Virus record (IMG/VR): IMGVR_UViG_3300042301_004349 | Coordinates: 64,001-128,000 of that record | DNA length: 64,000 nucleotides | From: a virus | Direction: 5' to 3' (one strand) | Shown: positions 10,074 through 20,152 of the stretch, piece after piece | How positions within the stretch are numbered: position 1 is the first letter of the stretch | Layout: each line of letters starts with the position of its first letter | The notes under the pieces: model-generated | What the model was told of the DNA's origin: nothing | Databases searched by the model: none | What the model saw: the letters and a program-made list of their open reading frames with translations, nothing else | Position numbers and translations under genes: made by a program

Positions 10074-10800
10074 AGTTAATTCCTACTGGAATAGAAATGC
10101 CCTCCTCTGCACCTTCATGGTAATAAGTCATATCAATGTCTGGTTGGATTTCTGCATAGTATTCACGTAATGCTCTAGCGTCTTTTGCTGTTAATCCATT
10201 ATCAACAAAGTCACGAATAGTTGCTAATTCTCTACTACCATTAACCGATGTAATAATATATTTTAAACGTGTAGTGATTTCAAATGAACTTTGTGGATTG
10301 ATTTTTTTCAAACCTTTAATTTCACCATCAATTTTTTGTTCATCACCGTGTGTTAACAACTTAAATGTTACTGTATTTCCTGATAAAGGCATTTTAAATG
10401 TAAATTCATTTACACCTTCTTTAAACAATGATAAATCAACTTCTTTTTCTTTTAATGTTGATAAGTCAACAGTTATCATTTCTTCTACACCTGTCTCGTA
10501 GTTATAATTTTTGAATTGATATTCAGCACCATAACCTAAAATACGTGCTCCTAATAGTATTGCGTTTTTATCGCATACTAATATATCATTAAAACTAACT
10601 GGTGTTACGATTAATGATTGCATTACTCTGTTGAGTACTGATCCATCTTTAATATAGTTAGCATTGGTGAGAATATCTTCTTCCTTAGCTGTCATATATT
10701 TCATTTCAATTTCACCTTTAGAAAGTGGTGAGTCTTTCGGATATAGTAATCCTTTTGAAGGTAACGAAACCGTTTCGGTTGGCATTTTAAAATCGCTCAT
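10048..10800 (-). CDS. T4 gp26-like baseplate hub / tail assembly chaperone
   Basis: LPSKG...MKYMTAKEEDIL...FFWP motifs; lies between tube and tape measure genes. Confidence 0.7.
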   Translation of the reverse strand: MSDFKMPTETVSLPSKGLLYPKDSPLSKGEIEMKYMTAKEEDILTNANYIKDGSVLNRVMQSLIVTPVSFNDILVCDKNAILLGARILGYGAEYQFKNYNYETGVEEMITVDLSTLKEKEVDLSLFKEGVNEFTFKMPLSGNTVTFKLLTHGDEQKIDGEIKGLKKINPQSSFEITTRLKYIITSVNGSRELATIRDFVDNGLTAKDARALREYYAEIQPDIDMTYYHEGAEEGISIPVGINFFWPDSGR

Positions 10801-10849
10801 ATAACATTTTTATTTTGTTCGTATATAAATATATAGAAAAAGAAAAATA

Positions 10850-11338
10850 TTAAATATAGTTTTTAATAAAATTTAAATACGTTTTCTTCGGATGAAATAT
10901 TTGATTGTATTTAGTTGCAGCTTGCCCTTGGATTGGGGAGGACCCCGTTGTAGATGATCTTTTCTGTGTTATTGCTGGGTATACTGTTGGGTCATTTGCT
11001 TGCTTATATGGGATACCACCGCTTACTCCTGTTTTTTCAATATCAAGGTTAGTAGCATCAAATATTGTGTGTTTAGGTGCTGATTCGCTAGTAGCATCAA
11101 GACCAGTTAAATTTAGTAAATTACTTTTACTAGGTATTTCTTTAACATGTTGTAAATACGTTTCTTGTGGAACGAATTTTTGGAAAAAATGTTTTGGAGC
11201 ACCAGGATTAGCTTTATTTGTTGGAGTGCCTGAGTTATTTTGGTTAAAAGTAGTACTAGTATCAAGTCTATTAAAGCCAGATGGTTCCGGACTTTCTAGA
11301 TCTAATTTTGTTCTGTTGAATGATTTTAGTAATCCCAT
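10850..11338 (-). CDS. hypothetical protein with two internal repeats
   Basis: Start moved to ATG 11338 (MGLLKSF) because the upstream extension runs through a terminator; repeats TKLDLE..FVPQETYL / TNLDIE..FHPKKTYL. Confidence 0.7.
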   Translation of the reverse strand: MGLLKSFNRTKLDLESPEPSGFNRLDTSTTFNQNNSGTPTNKANPGAPKHFFQKFVPQETYLQHVKEIPSKSNLLNLTGLDATSESAPKHTIFDATNLDIEKTGVSGGIPYKQANDPTVYPAITQKRSSTTGSSPIQGQAATKYNQIFHPKKTYLNFIKNYI

Positions 11339-11352
11339 GGATATAAATATGA

Positions 11353-11383
11353 AAAAAAAAGAAAGCGTCTGCAAAGCAGACGC
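11353..11383 (-). terminator. intrinsic terminator after the tail tube gene
   Basis: GCGTCTGC-TTT-GCAGACGC followed by TTTCTTTTTTTT. Confidence 0.85.
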
Positions 11384-11411
11384 CTCTAAAAAAGAAATAT
11401 GAAAGGGGAAA

Positions 11412-11897
11412 TTAAAAATTCAATACACAATAATCCATAGCAATAGTAAGGGAAATGTTTATTGCTGATTCACTAGCCCAATCGTATTCACCAAAGTTTG
11501 CTGATTTTACATAAGCACCTTTGATTACCCATTCGCTAACAATGTCACCTACTGGGCCTAATACGTTTAATACTAAGTCTTTTTTATAGAAATCAGAATA
11601 ACCATCACGGCCTGTTACTGATTCGTGAGCCAAACGAGCCCATTCCATTACAGCTTGAGCACCACTTGGAGTGATTGGATCATAAAGTTCTAAGGTCATA
11701 TCTTGCCATCTAACTTTACCTTTTACTTTACGGTAAACGTTAATGTGGTCTAATACGATTTCACCGGCATCAAATTGAGGTGACGCTGCCTTCTTAATCA
11801 AATATGCAGGAATACCATCTACATACATGATGAAACGGTTTTGCACCTTTGGTTCGAAAGCGGTGAACATTATTTGATTTGCGTCTAATACAGCCAT
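11412..11897 (-). CDS. gp19: tail tube protein (T4 gp19-like)
   Basis: FEPKVQNRF...WQDMTLELYDPI...W...YKKD..L..LGPVGD.V..W.IKGA; directly downstream of sheath. Confidence 0.9.
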   Translation of the reverse strand: MAVLDANQIMFTAFEPKVQNRFIMYVDGIPAYLIKKAASPQFDAGEIVLDHINVYRKVKGKVRWQDMTLELYDPITPSGAQAVMEWARLAHESVTGRDGYSDFYKKDLVLNVLGPVGDIVSEWVIKGAYVKSANFGEYDWASESAINISLTIAMDYCVLNF

Positions 11898-11943
11898 TTT
11901 ATGTTAAATTTTGTCTATTAATAAATATTATTGTTTATAACTC

Positions 11944-13656
11944 TTACGCTGGGAATGTTGCCCCAGTTGGTAATACTGTGAAATCTAACACAATGAATTC
12001 TGCTGTTTTACTTGGTTGTAAATAGATTTGACCAACTAATTGGTTTCTATCGATTACATCAGGTGTGTTATTAGAATCATCCATTACCACTTTATAAGCA
12101 TATAAACCTTGACGTTGTACTACTGATTCTAAGTAAGGGTTTGCAATGCTCATAAATCTGTTTCTTGTAGCTGCTGTATTTTGTTCAAATACTAATGAAC
12201 GACCTACTTGACCTAAGAAACCTTTCAAGGTAATCAACAAACGACGAACGTTAATTCTGTCTAATGAAGTTGATTTTTTCTGTAATGTCTTTTGACCAAA
12301 CGCTACAACACCTTCTCCAGGGAATGAAGCTAATGGGTTAATGTTTGTATCATATAAAGTATCACGATCTTCTTGAGATAATCTTCTTTCAGCTCTTAAT
12401 ACTGATCCAATTCCACCACGGTTTAAACCTGCTGGAGCGAACCATTCAGCACCTACTTGGTCGTTGAATGCGAATACACCACCCATTACTACAGATGGAG
12501 GACACCATACAGCCTTACCTAAGTTATTGCTAAACAATTGTACCCATGGATAATATGCAGCACCATAACTTGAACCATTAGCAGCAGCCGCTGTAACAGC
12601 AGCAGCTACGTTAGCTCCATATGCTGTAGTATCGATAATTGCCATTGAATCACCTCTACCTTCACATACTGCAATTACATCATCTGAGATTGAACTTAAA
12701 GCACCAGTACCTAATGTTACACCAGGAACTAATAATAAGTTAAAGCTATAATCATCTTTATTTGATAATAAAGTTAAAGCAGATGTGTAATCAGCAGCAG
12801 CAAATCCTTGACAGTTTGTAGCTGCCGTGTCATTTGCTTCAAAAAATACAGCTGTTCTGTTAGTTGCAGCTACACCACCACTAAATGAACCACTACCTGC
12901 TGCTGGTAAATAACCACCAAAAGTTGAAGTTTTATAATTACCTAAGTTATCAATTGAATCGATAGTGTTGTTTACTGTTTTAACACGTACATGTGAAGAA
13001 CCACCTTGGAAACTACCTGAAATTTCTACTAAGCCTTTTGAAGCATTGTAAACAGGTTTTGCATCACCTACTACACGAGAGATGAAGTTTGGTTGAGCTG
13101 GGTCTAAAGATAAGTTTGAGAATGTTTCTAGAACATTTTTGTTATTTGTGTTGTCATCACCACGACGAACTACTAATGTAAATGTACCTTTTGTACTGTT
13201 AACATTAGTTACTTCCCAACGTACGTTCTCTATTGAACCAGAAGCTAAAGCACCTGATACTTCAGAACCACTGTTGTTTGCGATATCACCCCACTGAGTA
13301 GCTTCTAAAACAAAAGAAGCAGTTGCGTTTGATGTTGCTGCTGCTGATGAGCTAGCATAAGTGTCATAAGAAGAGCCACTAATAATTTTAGTTACTAACA
13401 ATGAATTTCCACCATTGTTGAAATATTCTTTAGCAGCAAGTGATGTAAAATATTCATAGTAGTTACTTCCACTTTTGAATATATCACCAAAAACTGATAA
13501 ATATTCACTATAAGAAGTTACAACTGTTGGGGCCATTGGGTTACCTTTAACTGTAGGACCAACAATAGCAGCTCCAACCTCTTGAATACCTCTTTGTACT
13601 AAACTCTTGTCGTTTTCGCGAGTAAAAACGCCTGGAGAGATAATTTTTTCTGCCAT
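11944..13656 (-). CDS. gp18: tail sheath protein (T4 gp18-like)
   Basis: SPGVFTRE N-terminus; YYPW, WFAPAGLNRG, INP, GQKTL, DRINVRRL, NNTPDVIDRN, KTAEFI motifs. Confidence 0.95.
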   Translation of the reverse strand: MAEKIISPGVFTRENDKSLVQRGIQEVGAAIVGPTVKGNPMAPTVVTSYSEYLSVFGDIFKSGSNYYEYFTSLAAKEYFNNGGNSLLVTKIISGSSYDTYASSSAAATSNATASFVLEATQWGDIANNSGSEVSGALASGSIENVRWEVTNVNSTKGTFTLVVRRGDDNTNNKNVLETFSNLSLDPAQPNFISRVVGDAKPVYNASKGLVEISGSFQGGSSHVRVKTVNNTIDSIDNLGNYKTSTFGGYLPAAGSGSFSGGVAATNRTAVFFEANDTAATNCQGFAAADYTSALTLLSNKDDYSFNLLLVPGVTLGTGALSSISDDVIAVCEGRGDSMAIIDTTAYGANVAAAVTAAAANGSSYGAAYYPWVQLFSNNLGKAVWCPPSVVMGGVFAFNDQVGAEWFAPAGLNRGGIGSVLRAERRLSQEDRDTLYDTNINPLASFPGEGVVAFGQKTLQKKSTSLDRINVRRLLITLKGFLGQVGRSLVFEQNTAATRNRFMSIANPYLESVVQRQGLYAYKVVMDDSNNTPDVIDRNQLVGQIYLQPSKTAEFIVLDFTVLPTGATFPA

Positions 13657-13728
13657 AGTATTTTTTAATTAATTTGATTTAAATTATTCTGATAATAAAT
13701 ATTCGGAGAAATACGTAACCGCTTGGGG

Positions 13729-13989
13729 TTATGGTAAGATCTCACCTGTCTGGGTGTCTAGATCTCCTTCTCCATATTTTTCACGAATCTTGGTAAGATA
13801 GTCATTTTGACGTTGATAGTTTGATGTTATATCCCCGTACAATTCTGTTAATTCAGTATCAATTATTTTTAATTGATTTTCTAGTTCGTGTTTTTCGTAT
13901 TGTATATGACCAATTTCAAATATTGTTTTTGAATATTGTTCACGAAGCTGGGTGAGTTCAGCCATTTCTTGTTCTGTAATTTTATTCAT
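13729..13989 (-). CDS. small coiled-coil hypothetical protein
   Basis: 86 aa, heptad pattern, ends KYGEGDLDTQTGEI. Confidence 0.75.
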   Translation of the reverse strand: MNKITEQEMAELTQLREQYSKTIFEIGHIQYEKHELENQLKIIDTELTELYGDITSNYQRQNDYLTKIREKYGEGDLDTQTGEILP

Positions 13990-13990
13990 A

Positions 13991-14218
13991 TTATTTTTCC
14001 CATTTATTTTTTGGACAACTTTTTTCTACAGGGCTAAATACCTTTTTATTTAAAGGACACCCACAAGCACCACAAAACCAAAATTTCATTACATCTTGGT
14101 GAGTTTTGTGTTCACACCCATCACACACTGCTAGTCTATGTTCTGCTATTAGTTGTTGTTCTGGTGTTGGGTTAGCTGCTGCTATCCAGGCTTTTCCTAT
14201 TTCTACTAGTTTATTCAT
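13991..14218 (-). CDS. small Cys-rich putative metal-binding protein
   Basis: RLAVCDGC...CGACGCPL...SCPKNKW. Confidence 0.75.
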   Translation of the reverse strand: MNKLVEIGKAWIAAANPTPEQQLIAEHRLAVCDGCEHKTHQDVMKFWFCGACGCPLNKKVFSPVEKSCPKNKWEK

Positions 14219-14231
14219 ATAACTTAATTTA

Positions 14232-14259
14232 ATAAAGAAAAGCCCCTAAATTAGAGGCT
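14232..14259 (-). terminator. probable intrinsic terminator
   Basis: Coding strand AGCCTCTAATTTAGGGGCT (one G-U pair) followed by TTTCTTT. Confidence 0.65.
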
Positions 14260-14283
14260 ATTTCTTCGTCTTATATAGAGGGA

Positions 14284-14754
14284 TTAGTCTTCAACTTTAA
14301 TCAATTGGAAGAAGGTACTATAATTACCATCTGTTTCAACATGCTTAAAATCATCTATGTTGAATGGTTTGTACTCTAATTCTCTTTCTTGGTTCAACAA
14401 ATCGTTGTATTCTTTTTGGAATTCAAAGAATTGTGGGTTTGGTTCGTTAATGAACTTTGGATTTCCATCTCCATCAACACCATCCTCTTTTCTGAAAGAT
14501 GGGATTAATTGCCATCCACCTTGCTCATCTTGAGTTCCGAACTTCATAATTAGCTCATCACGAAGTTTGTTAATTGATTCTTTTTCAGAAGTCAATCTTT
14601 TGTTTAGATCAGTAATCCAATACTTAGTAACCATATTAAGTTTTTCACCTAATAGTCCTTTAGAAATTGTTTCACCTGTTTGTTGGTTGATCAAACCATT
14701 AATTTCAGCCTCGAGATTTAGAAACTCGAATAATTTTAGACTAATTTTTTCCAT
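14284..14754 (-). CDS. hypothetical helical protein, possible fibre assembly chaperone
   Basis: 156-aa ORF with good coding pattern; function inferred from position only. Confidence 0.7.
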   Translation of the reverse strand: MEKISLKLFEFLNLEAEINGLINQQTGETISKGLLGEKLNMVTKYWITDLNKRLTSEKESINKLRDELIMKFGTQDEQGGWQLIPSFRKEDGVDGDGNPKFINEPNPQFFEFQKEYNDLLNQERELEYKPFNIDDFKHVETDGNYSTFFQLIKVED

Positions 14755-14769
14755 AACTGCAGTTGTTTC

Positions 14770-15033
14770 TTATTTTGTTTTGTTTGTTACTTTTTTCTTA
14801 GGAGCCGTTGAAGGTTGAACTTTTGGAGCTTTAGGTGCTCTAGTTTTTTTAACTTCAGCAACTACTTCTTTTACTTCGGCAACAGCTTCTTTTACTTCTT
14901 CTGTTACTTTAGCAGCTACATTTTCAAGAGCATCAGGAATGTTGTTGTTGTTTGCATCGGCTATTTTACCCTTTCTCATTAGAACAAAGGTAACAGCAGC
15001 CACAAGTACTAATACGATAATAAGTGTTAACAT
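14770..15033 (-). CDS. small membrane-anchored protein
   Basis: N-terminal hydrophobic helix, DANNNNIPD loop, Lys/Pro-rich tail. Confidence 0.75.
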   Translation of the reverse strand: MLTLIIVLVLVAAVTFVLMRKGKIADANNNNIPDALENVAAKVTEEVKEAVAEVKEVVAEVKKTRAPKAPKVQPSTAPKKKVTNKTK

Positions 15034-15088
15034 GTTTTATATTTTTTTGTTCGTATATAAATATATAAGAAAATCCAAAAACGCAATC

Positions 15089-15319
15089 TTATAAAGAAAG
15101 AAGACGAGTTTCTAATTCTTGTCGAACAGCATTAAATACTTCCTCTGTTGATTCTTCAATAACACCACTAGCTACATCTTCAGATATTCTATTGAAGAAT
15201 AAAGCGGGTGCTGCTACCCTCATAAAACATTCATTTGGTTCATTAACCAATGAAATAATTTTTTGGGTTTCACTATCTACTGATAAGTAAATTTGTTTCC
15301 CTTTGTAATAATTTATCAT
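15089..15319 (-). CDS. hypothetical protein
   Basis: 76-aa ORF with A-rich leader. Confidence 0.65.
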   Translation of the reverse strand: MINYYKGKQIYLSVDSETQKIISLVNEPNECFMRVAAPALFFNRISEDVASGVIEESTEEVFNAVRQELETRLLSL

Positions 15320-15336
15320 AATTTTATTTTATTAAT

Positions 15337-16749
15337 TTATATAAAGCATTCAGAACATCCATAATAATAACAAGGGTTTGGGTATTGTTCACAACCGAAC
15401 CCACAATCACAATAATAATTCTCTCCAGCATTATAACCACAAGTGAGTGAATTATATTCTTGTACTGTACCATAAATTCCACAGTTTCCATCAGTATATT
15501 GATTAATTAAATCAAAACCTGAACAGTATTGATCTACAAAAATATTAGCAGCAGGGCAACTTGGTCCAGTACCACCACCCAATGCTGTGGGGGCAATAAC
15601 CACTGATGTCCAGTTTTGAGAACCTGCCGAACTGAAGCCATCTACTCTTACATATGAGGCACCATAATTTCTTGATAGGTATAAATAATTATTAGAATAA
15701 CCATCAGCATCTGCTACTAGTACAGTTTTTCCACTAGATGATATTGATACCCCAATTCCCCAAAAATTACTATCTGGTGTTGTTATTCCAGTATTGCTCC
15801 AATATCCCGCTACTCCATAATTATTATTTTTTCTAACCCCAAAAGTAGTATTTGTTGTAGCAGCAACAACATATTGCCCAGTTCCTGATATGTCTACTGA
15901 TAGGTAGCGACCTGCATTTCCTGCTGTTGTGTTCTGCCATGATATTCCATAATTATTAGATACTGCAATCCAAGATTGCCAACCACCACCAATCCATCCA
16001 TCATTTCTAATAACTACTTGATATTGACCTGTATCAGATATTGCGCTTCCTTGATAATAATAAACATCAGTTGCAGCAGACCCAGCAACAGACCAACTAA
16101 CTCCATAATTTGTTGATCTATATAATCTATCATGATTATTACCTGCAGAAGCAAGCATATATTGCCCATTTCCTGATATTGATACATTTTTCCATTCCCT
16201 ACTTCCTATTGATGCTTTAGCAGTCCAATTTACTCCATAATCGTTGGAAACCCAAATATATCCTGGTGAAGAACTATTAGAAGGTTTACTTTCTGCCAGA
16301 ACAACATATTGGCCACTTCTAGAAACAGCTATATCTGTAAAATAGGAGGAAGATGCAGCTTTTACACTATTAAAAGAAAATTCACTCCCATAACCTGATG
16401 ATTTTAAAACATAAGAACCATCAGTAACGAAAACATATTGCCCGTTTTCAGATACATCTACTTTTACCCAATTAGCAGGTCCAGCACTTACAAACGAGTT
16501 ATACCAAGATAGACCACTATCATTTGATTTTTTCAAATAACTTCCACCTACCGTAGCATATTGTGTAAAATCTTCTGTTGGACAAACACCCACTTCATTT
16601 ATAATTCCTGTAGAGTTTGTTCTATAGTAATAATTTACCCCAGATACGACAGCAGATAAATACCCATCTGCATATATTGATGTTCTTTTAATGTCATTGT
16701 ATACAGGGCAGCTTAGAGCAAGTGTAGAACAATATGAATATTTACTCAT
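15337..16749 (-). CDS. Asp-box/BNR beta-propeller protein with Cys-rich termini, putative adhesin
   Basis: About 7 repeats of S-x-(D/N)-Y-G-x-x-W and S-x-S/T-G-Q-Y; C-terminus with 9 Cys. Confidence 0.8.
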   Translation of the reverse strand: MSKYSYCSTLALSCPVYNDIKRTSIYADGYLSAVVSGVNYYYRTNSTGIINEVGVCPTEDFTQYATVGGSYLKKSNDSGLSWYNSFVSAGPANWVKVDVSENGQYVFVTDGSYVLKSSGYGSEFSFNSVKAASSSYFTDIAVSRSGQYVVLAESKPSNSSSPGYIWVSNDYGVNWTAKASIGSREWKNVSISGNGQYMLASAGNNHDRLYRSTNYGVSWSVAGSAATDVYYYQGSAISDTGQYQVVIRNDGWIGGGWQSWIAVSNNYGISWQNTTAGNAGRYLSVDISGTGQYVVAATTNTTFGVRKNNNYGVAGYWSNTGITTPDSNFWGIGVSISSSGKTVLVADADGYSNNYLYLSRNYGASYVRVDGFSSAGSQNWTSVVIAPTALGGGTGPSCPAANIFVDQYCSGFDLINQYTDGNCGIYGTVQEYNSLTCGYNAGENYYCDCGFGCEQYPNPCYYYGCSECFI

Positions 16750-16769
16750 AGATTTAAATTATTTAACAA

Positions 16770-17516
16770 TTATGATATTATTCCATACCCACAATTACAA
16801 GAACTTAAGATATTACTATCTTCACAACCATATGTGTAGGTTACTAAGGAATATGCTTTAATATAATAGTTTGTATTTGCTTGGACTGTGAAAGTATAAC
16901 TTAATGATTGAAGTGTTGAAGATGAATTATTAGCTGGTTTAAATATGTTTTGATCACTTATTAAAGTTCCATTAGCAGATACTTCTAAAAATCCGTATCC
17001 TGGAGCTTCCCAACCATAACTCCCTGCATCGGGAGTAGGTAAGCCAAAATTTGCTTGAACATAAACACTATTTCCTACCCTCACCGCAGCATTCATTTGA
17101 GGAGAATATTGTGGTCCTCCAAAGAACATTCCACTTAAACCATTAGAAGGATCTAATAGAAGAGAATTTCCATTTACATACCCAAATAAATCTGTATTTA
17201 GATAAGGATTACCTTCTTGTCTCATCTCAAATAATACTGAAGATGATCTTAATGAGTTTATGTAGTTATAATTGCAAGTTAAGTTTGGAGAAGGTCCTGT
17301 AAAGAAAGTACTACCAATAGTCCAACTACTATTAGGAATAAAACCACCATCAGGTGAATCCCCAGTATAGACATGAACTGAGTTTGCTACTTCCTGACGA
17401 GTTAAACAACGGTTTGTAGCAGGTATTGATTGGCCTGCCTTCAAGCCAAGTAAATTTTCATTTACCATAGCTTGCAATTCATTTCCTGTTATCTGAAAAT
17501 TACTACTTCTAGCCAT
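16770..17516 (-). CDS. putative fibre-tip/adhesin partner protein
   Basis: Translationally coupled (TAATG) to the upstream S74-containing fibre gene; beta-rich. Confidence 0.65.
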   Translation of the reverse strand: MARSSNFQITGNELQAMVNENLLGLKAGQSIPATNRCLTRQEVANSVHVYTGDSPDGGFIPNSSWTIGSTFFTGPSPNLTCNYNYINSLRSSSVLFEMRQEGNPYLNTDLFGYVNGNSLLLDPSNGLSGMFFGGPQYSPQMNAAVRVGNSVYVQANFGLPTPDAGSYGWEAPGYGFLEVSANGTLISDQNIFKPANNSSSTLQSLSYTFTVQANTNYYIKAYSLVTYTYGCEDSNILSSCNCGYGIIS

Positions 17517-20095
17517 TATTTAGATTCTAATTCTTTTATTCTAGCTTCTAATTGTTGAATTGCTTTTATCAACACACCTACTGTTGATGCAACATCCATT
17601 GTATTTTTATTGATTGTTGATAGGTCTGATGGAGTATCTTCAGCAATGAAACCAATATGGGGTGTTTGTAATTCATCGTTTTTATAGCTAAATCTAACTA
17701 CATTAACTTGATTTAATAAAATTAAAGCATCATTAGTATAAGGAATGACATTATGTTTTAAGTAACGAGATGAATTTTGGAAGAAACCATCAGCATAAAT
17801 TGTATTTCCACTTACATATACACTTGCATTTGTATAGGCACCTGTTGAGGTACCGTTTGAAATTACAATTGCTGTATTTGTTGCAGGTGAAATTGCATTA
17901 AATCCAGGACCTGGTGTTCCGGGGTCGCCTTTATCGCCTTTAAAACCTTGGAATCCTCTATCGCCTGGGTCGCCTTTATCGCCTGGGTCGCCTTTATCGC
18001 CTTTAAAACCTTGGAATCCTCTTTCTCCTGGGTCGCCTTTATCGCCTTTAAAACCTTGGAATCCTCTATCGCCTTGATCTCCTTTGTCTCCTTTTTCTCC
18101 TTTGTCGCCTTTAAATCCTTGGTCGCCTTTGTCTCCTTTTTCTCCTTTATCGCCTTTAAAGCCTTGATCACCTTTGTCGCCTTTGTCTCCTTTAAAACCT
18201 TGGAAGCCTCTATCACCTTGATCACCTTTGTCGCCTTTAAAGCCTTGGAAACCTCTGTCGCCTTGGTCTCCTTTATCGCCTTTGTCGCCTTTAAAGCCTT
18301 GGAAACCTCTGTCGCCTTGGTCGCCTTTATCGCCTTTGAAGCCTTGGAAACCTCTGTCGCCTTGGAATCCTCTGTCGCCCTGGTCGCCTTTGTCGCCTTT
18401 ATCACCTTTTAATCCTATGTCACCTTGGAAGCCTCTGTCTCCTTGAAAACCTCTGTCGCCTTGGTCGCCTTTGTCACCTTTATCGCCTTTGAAACCTTGA
18501 AAGCCTCTGTCGCCTTGGTCGCCTTTGTCTCCTTTGAAGCCTTGAGTTCCAATATCGCCTTTATCGCCTTTTAATCCTGTAAAACCTTGGAAGCCTCTGT
18601 CGCCTTGGTCACCTTTGTCGCCTTTAAAGCCTTGAGTTCCTGTACTACCTTGATCACCTTTATCGCCTTTTAATCCTTGAACTCCTATACTACCTTGATC
18701 ACCTGTTGCTCCTACAGTCCCCTGAGGGCCTTGAGCTCCATTTGTACCTGCTATACCTTGAGCACCCTGTATACCAGTATCTCCCCTATCACCTGTTCTT
18801 GCAAATGTAATAATAATGTCTAAATCATTTGTAAATGAACTTACACCTGATAGCCAGGTAACAGGAACTTCAAAATAATTTGTGTTGTGAGTATGAGCTC
18901 CAGTTATTGAAAATAAAGCAAAATTTGTTGTTGATCCTTTTTCAGAAACGGTAAAATGTCCTTTAATTGCTGAAGTTGAATCATCAATTGTTTGTAAATA
19001 GTTGTATACAGAAACACTAGCATCATCTACCTCGCTTATATATAATACTGAGGCTGATGGTAGTGATAAGTTGTTTAATTTTAATTTTCCATTTCCAGGA
19101 ATTGTATTTGATGTATTTGTACTAAATGTATAATCAAAAGCAGCACCACCAAAATTACCTGTTAGACCTTGGTGACCTTGTGGTCCTTGAATCCCCTGAG
19201 CTCCAAATCCCGTTTGGCCTTGAATACCTTGAGGACCTATTGGTCCTTGAGGACCAGGAACTGTAGAATCATTTCCTGTTATACCTTGAAAACCTATATC
19301 ACCTTTAGCTCCTTGGATACCTTGGTTACCTGAGGGGCCTTGTATGCCTTGATCACCTTTTTCTCCTTGGTCACCTTTTATTCCTTGTATACCTTGATTA
19401 CCTGCTGAACCTTGAATACCCTGAATGCCAATAGGGCCTTGTATACCTTGATCACCAGTTGATCCTTGGTCACCTTTAATACCTACAGCTCCTTGAATGC
19501 CTTGAATACCTATAGGACCCTGGATGCCTTGATTGCCTATAGGGCCTGTAGTGCCTTGAATACCAACAGGACCTTGTATACCTTGGTCGCCAGTATCGCC
19601 TTTATCTCCTTGATCACCTTTCACACCTATACTACCTTGTACACCGATAGGGCCTTGTATACCTTGAAAACCTATACTACCTTGATCACCTTTTGCTCCT
19701 GTACTTCCTTGTACACCTATACCACCTTGAGCTCCTGTAGCACCTTGATCGCCTGATGGGCCTTGTATACCTTGGTCTCCTGTGTCACCTTTATTGCCTT
19801 TTGATCCTTGAGCACCTGTTGATCCTTGGACACCTTGAGCTCCATGATCACCTTGACTGCCTGTATCACCTTTAATACCTTGAATGCCTTGAGCACCAAC
19901 GGGACCTACAATACCTTGAGGTCCTATTATTCCTTGGGGGCCAGTTGCTCCTGTTAATCCAGTAGCTCCTTGAGCTCCTTGGGCACCATTTGATACAGTA
20001 ATTTGATCTATACTACCACTCAATTCGACCCAGTTTGTATCCATCTCTTCCCATGTGAGTGGACGACCTAGATCTGATCTTAAAGATAAAGCCAT
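17516..20095 (-). CDS. collagen-like tail fibre with C-terminal peptidase S74 intramolecular chaperone
   Basis: Two long Gly-X-Y tracts; SSRYLKHNV...HIGFIAED...GVLIKAIQQL C-terminus. Confidence 0.85.
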   Translation of the reverse strand: MALSLRSDLGRPLTWEEMDTNWVELSGSIDQITVSNGAQGAQGATGLTGATGPQGIIGPQGIVGPVGAQGIQGIKGDTGSQGDHGAQGVQGSTGAQGSKGNKGDTGDQGIQGPSGDQGATGAQGGIGVQGSTGAKGDQGSIGFQGIQGPIGVQGSIGVKGDQGDKGDTGDQGIQGPVGIQGTTGPIGNQGIQGPIGIQGIQGAVGIKGDQGSTGDQGIQGPIGIQGIQGSAGNQGIQGIKGDQGEKGDQGIQGPSGNQGIQGAKGDIGFQGITGNDSTVPGPQGPIGPQGIQGQTGFGAQGIQGPQGHQGLTGNFGGAAFDYTFSTNTSNTIPGNGKLKLNNLSLPSASVLYISEVDDASVSVYNYLQTIDDSTSAIKGHFTVSEKGSTTNFALFSITGAHTHNTNYFEVPVTWLSGVSSFTNDLDIIITFARTGDRGDTGIQGAQGIAGTNGAQGPQGTVGATGDQGSIGVQGLKGDKGDQGSTGTQGFKGDKGDQGDRGFQGFTGLKGDKGDIGTQGFKGDKGDQGDRGFQGFKGDKGDKGDQGDRGFQGDRGFQGDIGLKGDKGDKGDQGDRGFQGDRGFQGFKGDKGDQGDRGFQGFKGDKGDKGDQGDRGFQGFKGDKGDQGDRGFQGFKGDKGDKGDQGFKGDKGEKGDKGDQGFKGDKGEKGDKGDQGDRGFQGFKGDKGDPGERGFQGFKGDKGDPGDKGDPGDRGFQGFKGDKGDPGTPGPGFNAISPATNTAIVISNGTSTGAYTNASVYVSGNTIYADGFFQNSSRYLKHNVIPYTNDALILLNQVNVVRFSYKNDELQTPHIGFIAEDTPSDLSTINKNTMDVASTVGVLIKAIQQLEARIKELESK
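17905..19990 (-). repeat. collagen-like Gly-X-Y repeat tracts (approx. 17905-18795 and 19160-19990)
   Basis: 9-bp periodic DNA; [15 protein letters not shown] and GIQGPQ units. Confidence 0.9.
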
Positions 20096-20125
20096 AATTA
20101 TTTTTTAATTTGTCACGTATAAATA

Positions 20126-20152
20126 TGAAAGGGGATGATTGCTCATCCCCTT
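20126..20152 (-). terminator. probable intrinsic terminator
   Basis: AAGGGGATGA-GCAA-TCATCCCCTT 10-bp stem, adjoining the ATATTTAT motif. Confidence 0.75.

Noticed and set aside
10060-10074. Canonical -1 frameshift at C TTT TTT
   Set aside because: The -1 frame terminates after two codons (TTG GCC TGA); only the +1/-2 frame is open.
17905-18795. Regular repeats superficially like a CRISPR array
   Set aside because: 9-bp periodic coding repeats with no unique spacers and no cas genes.
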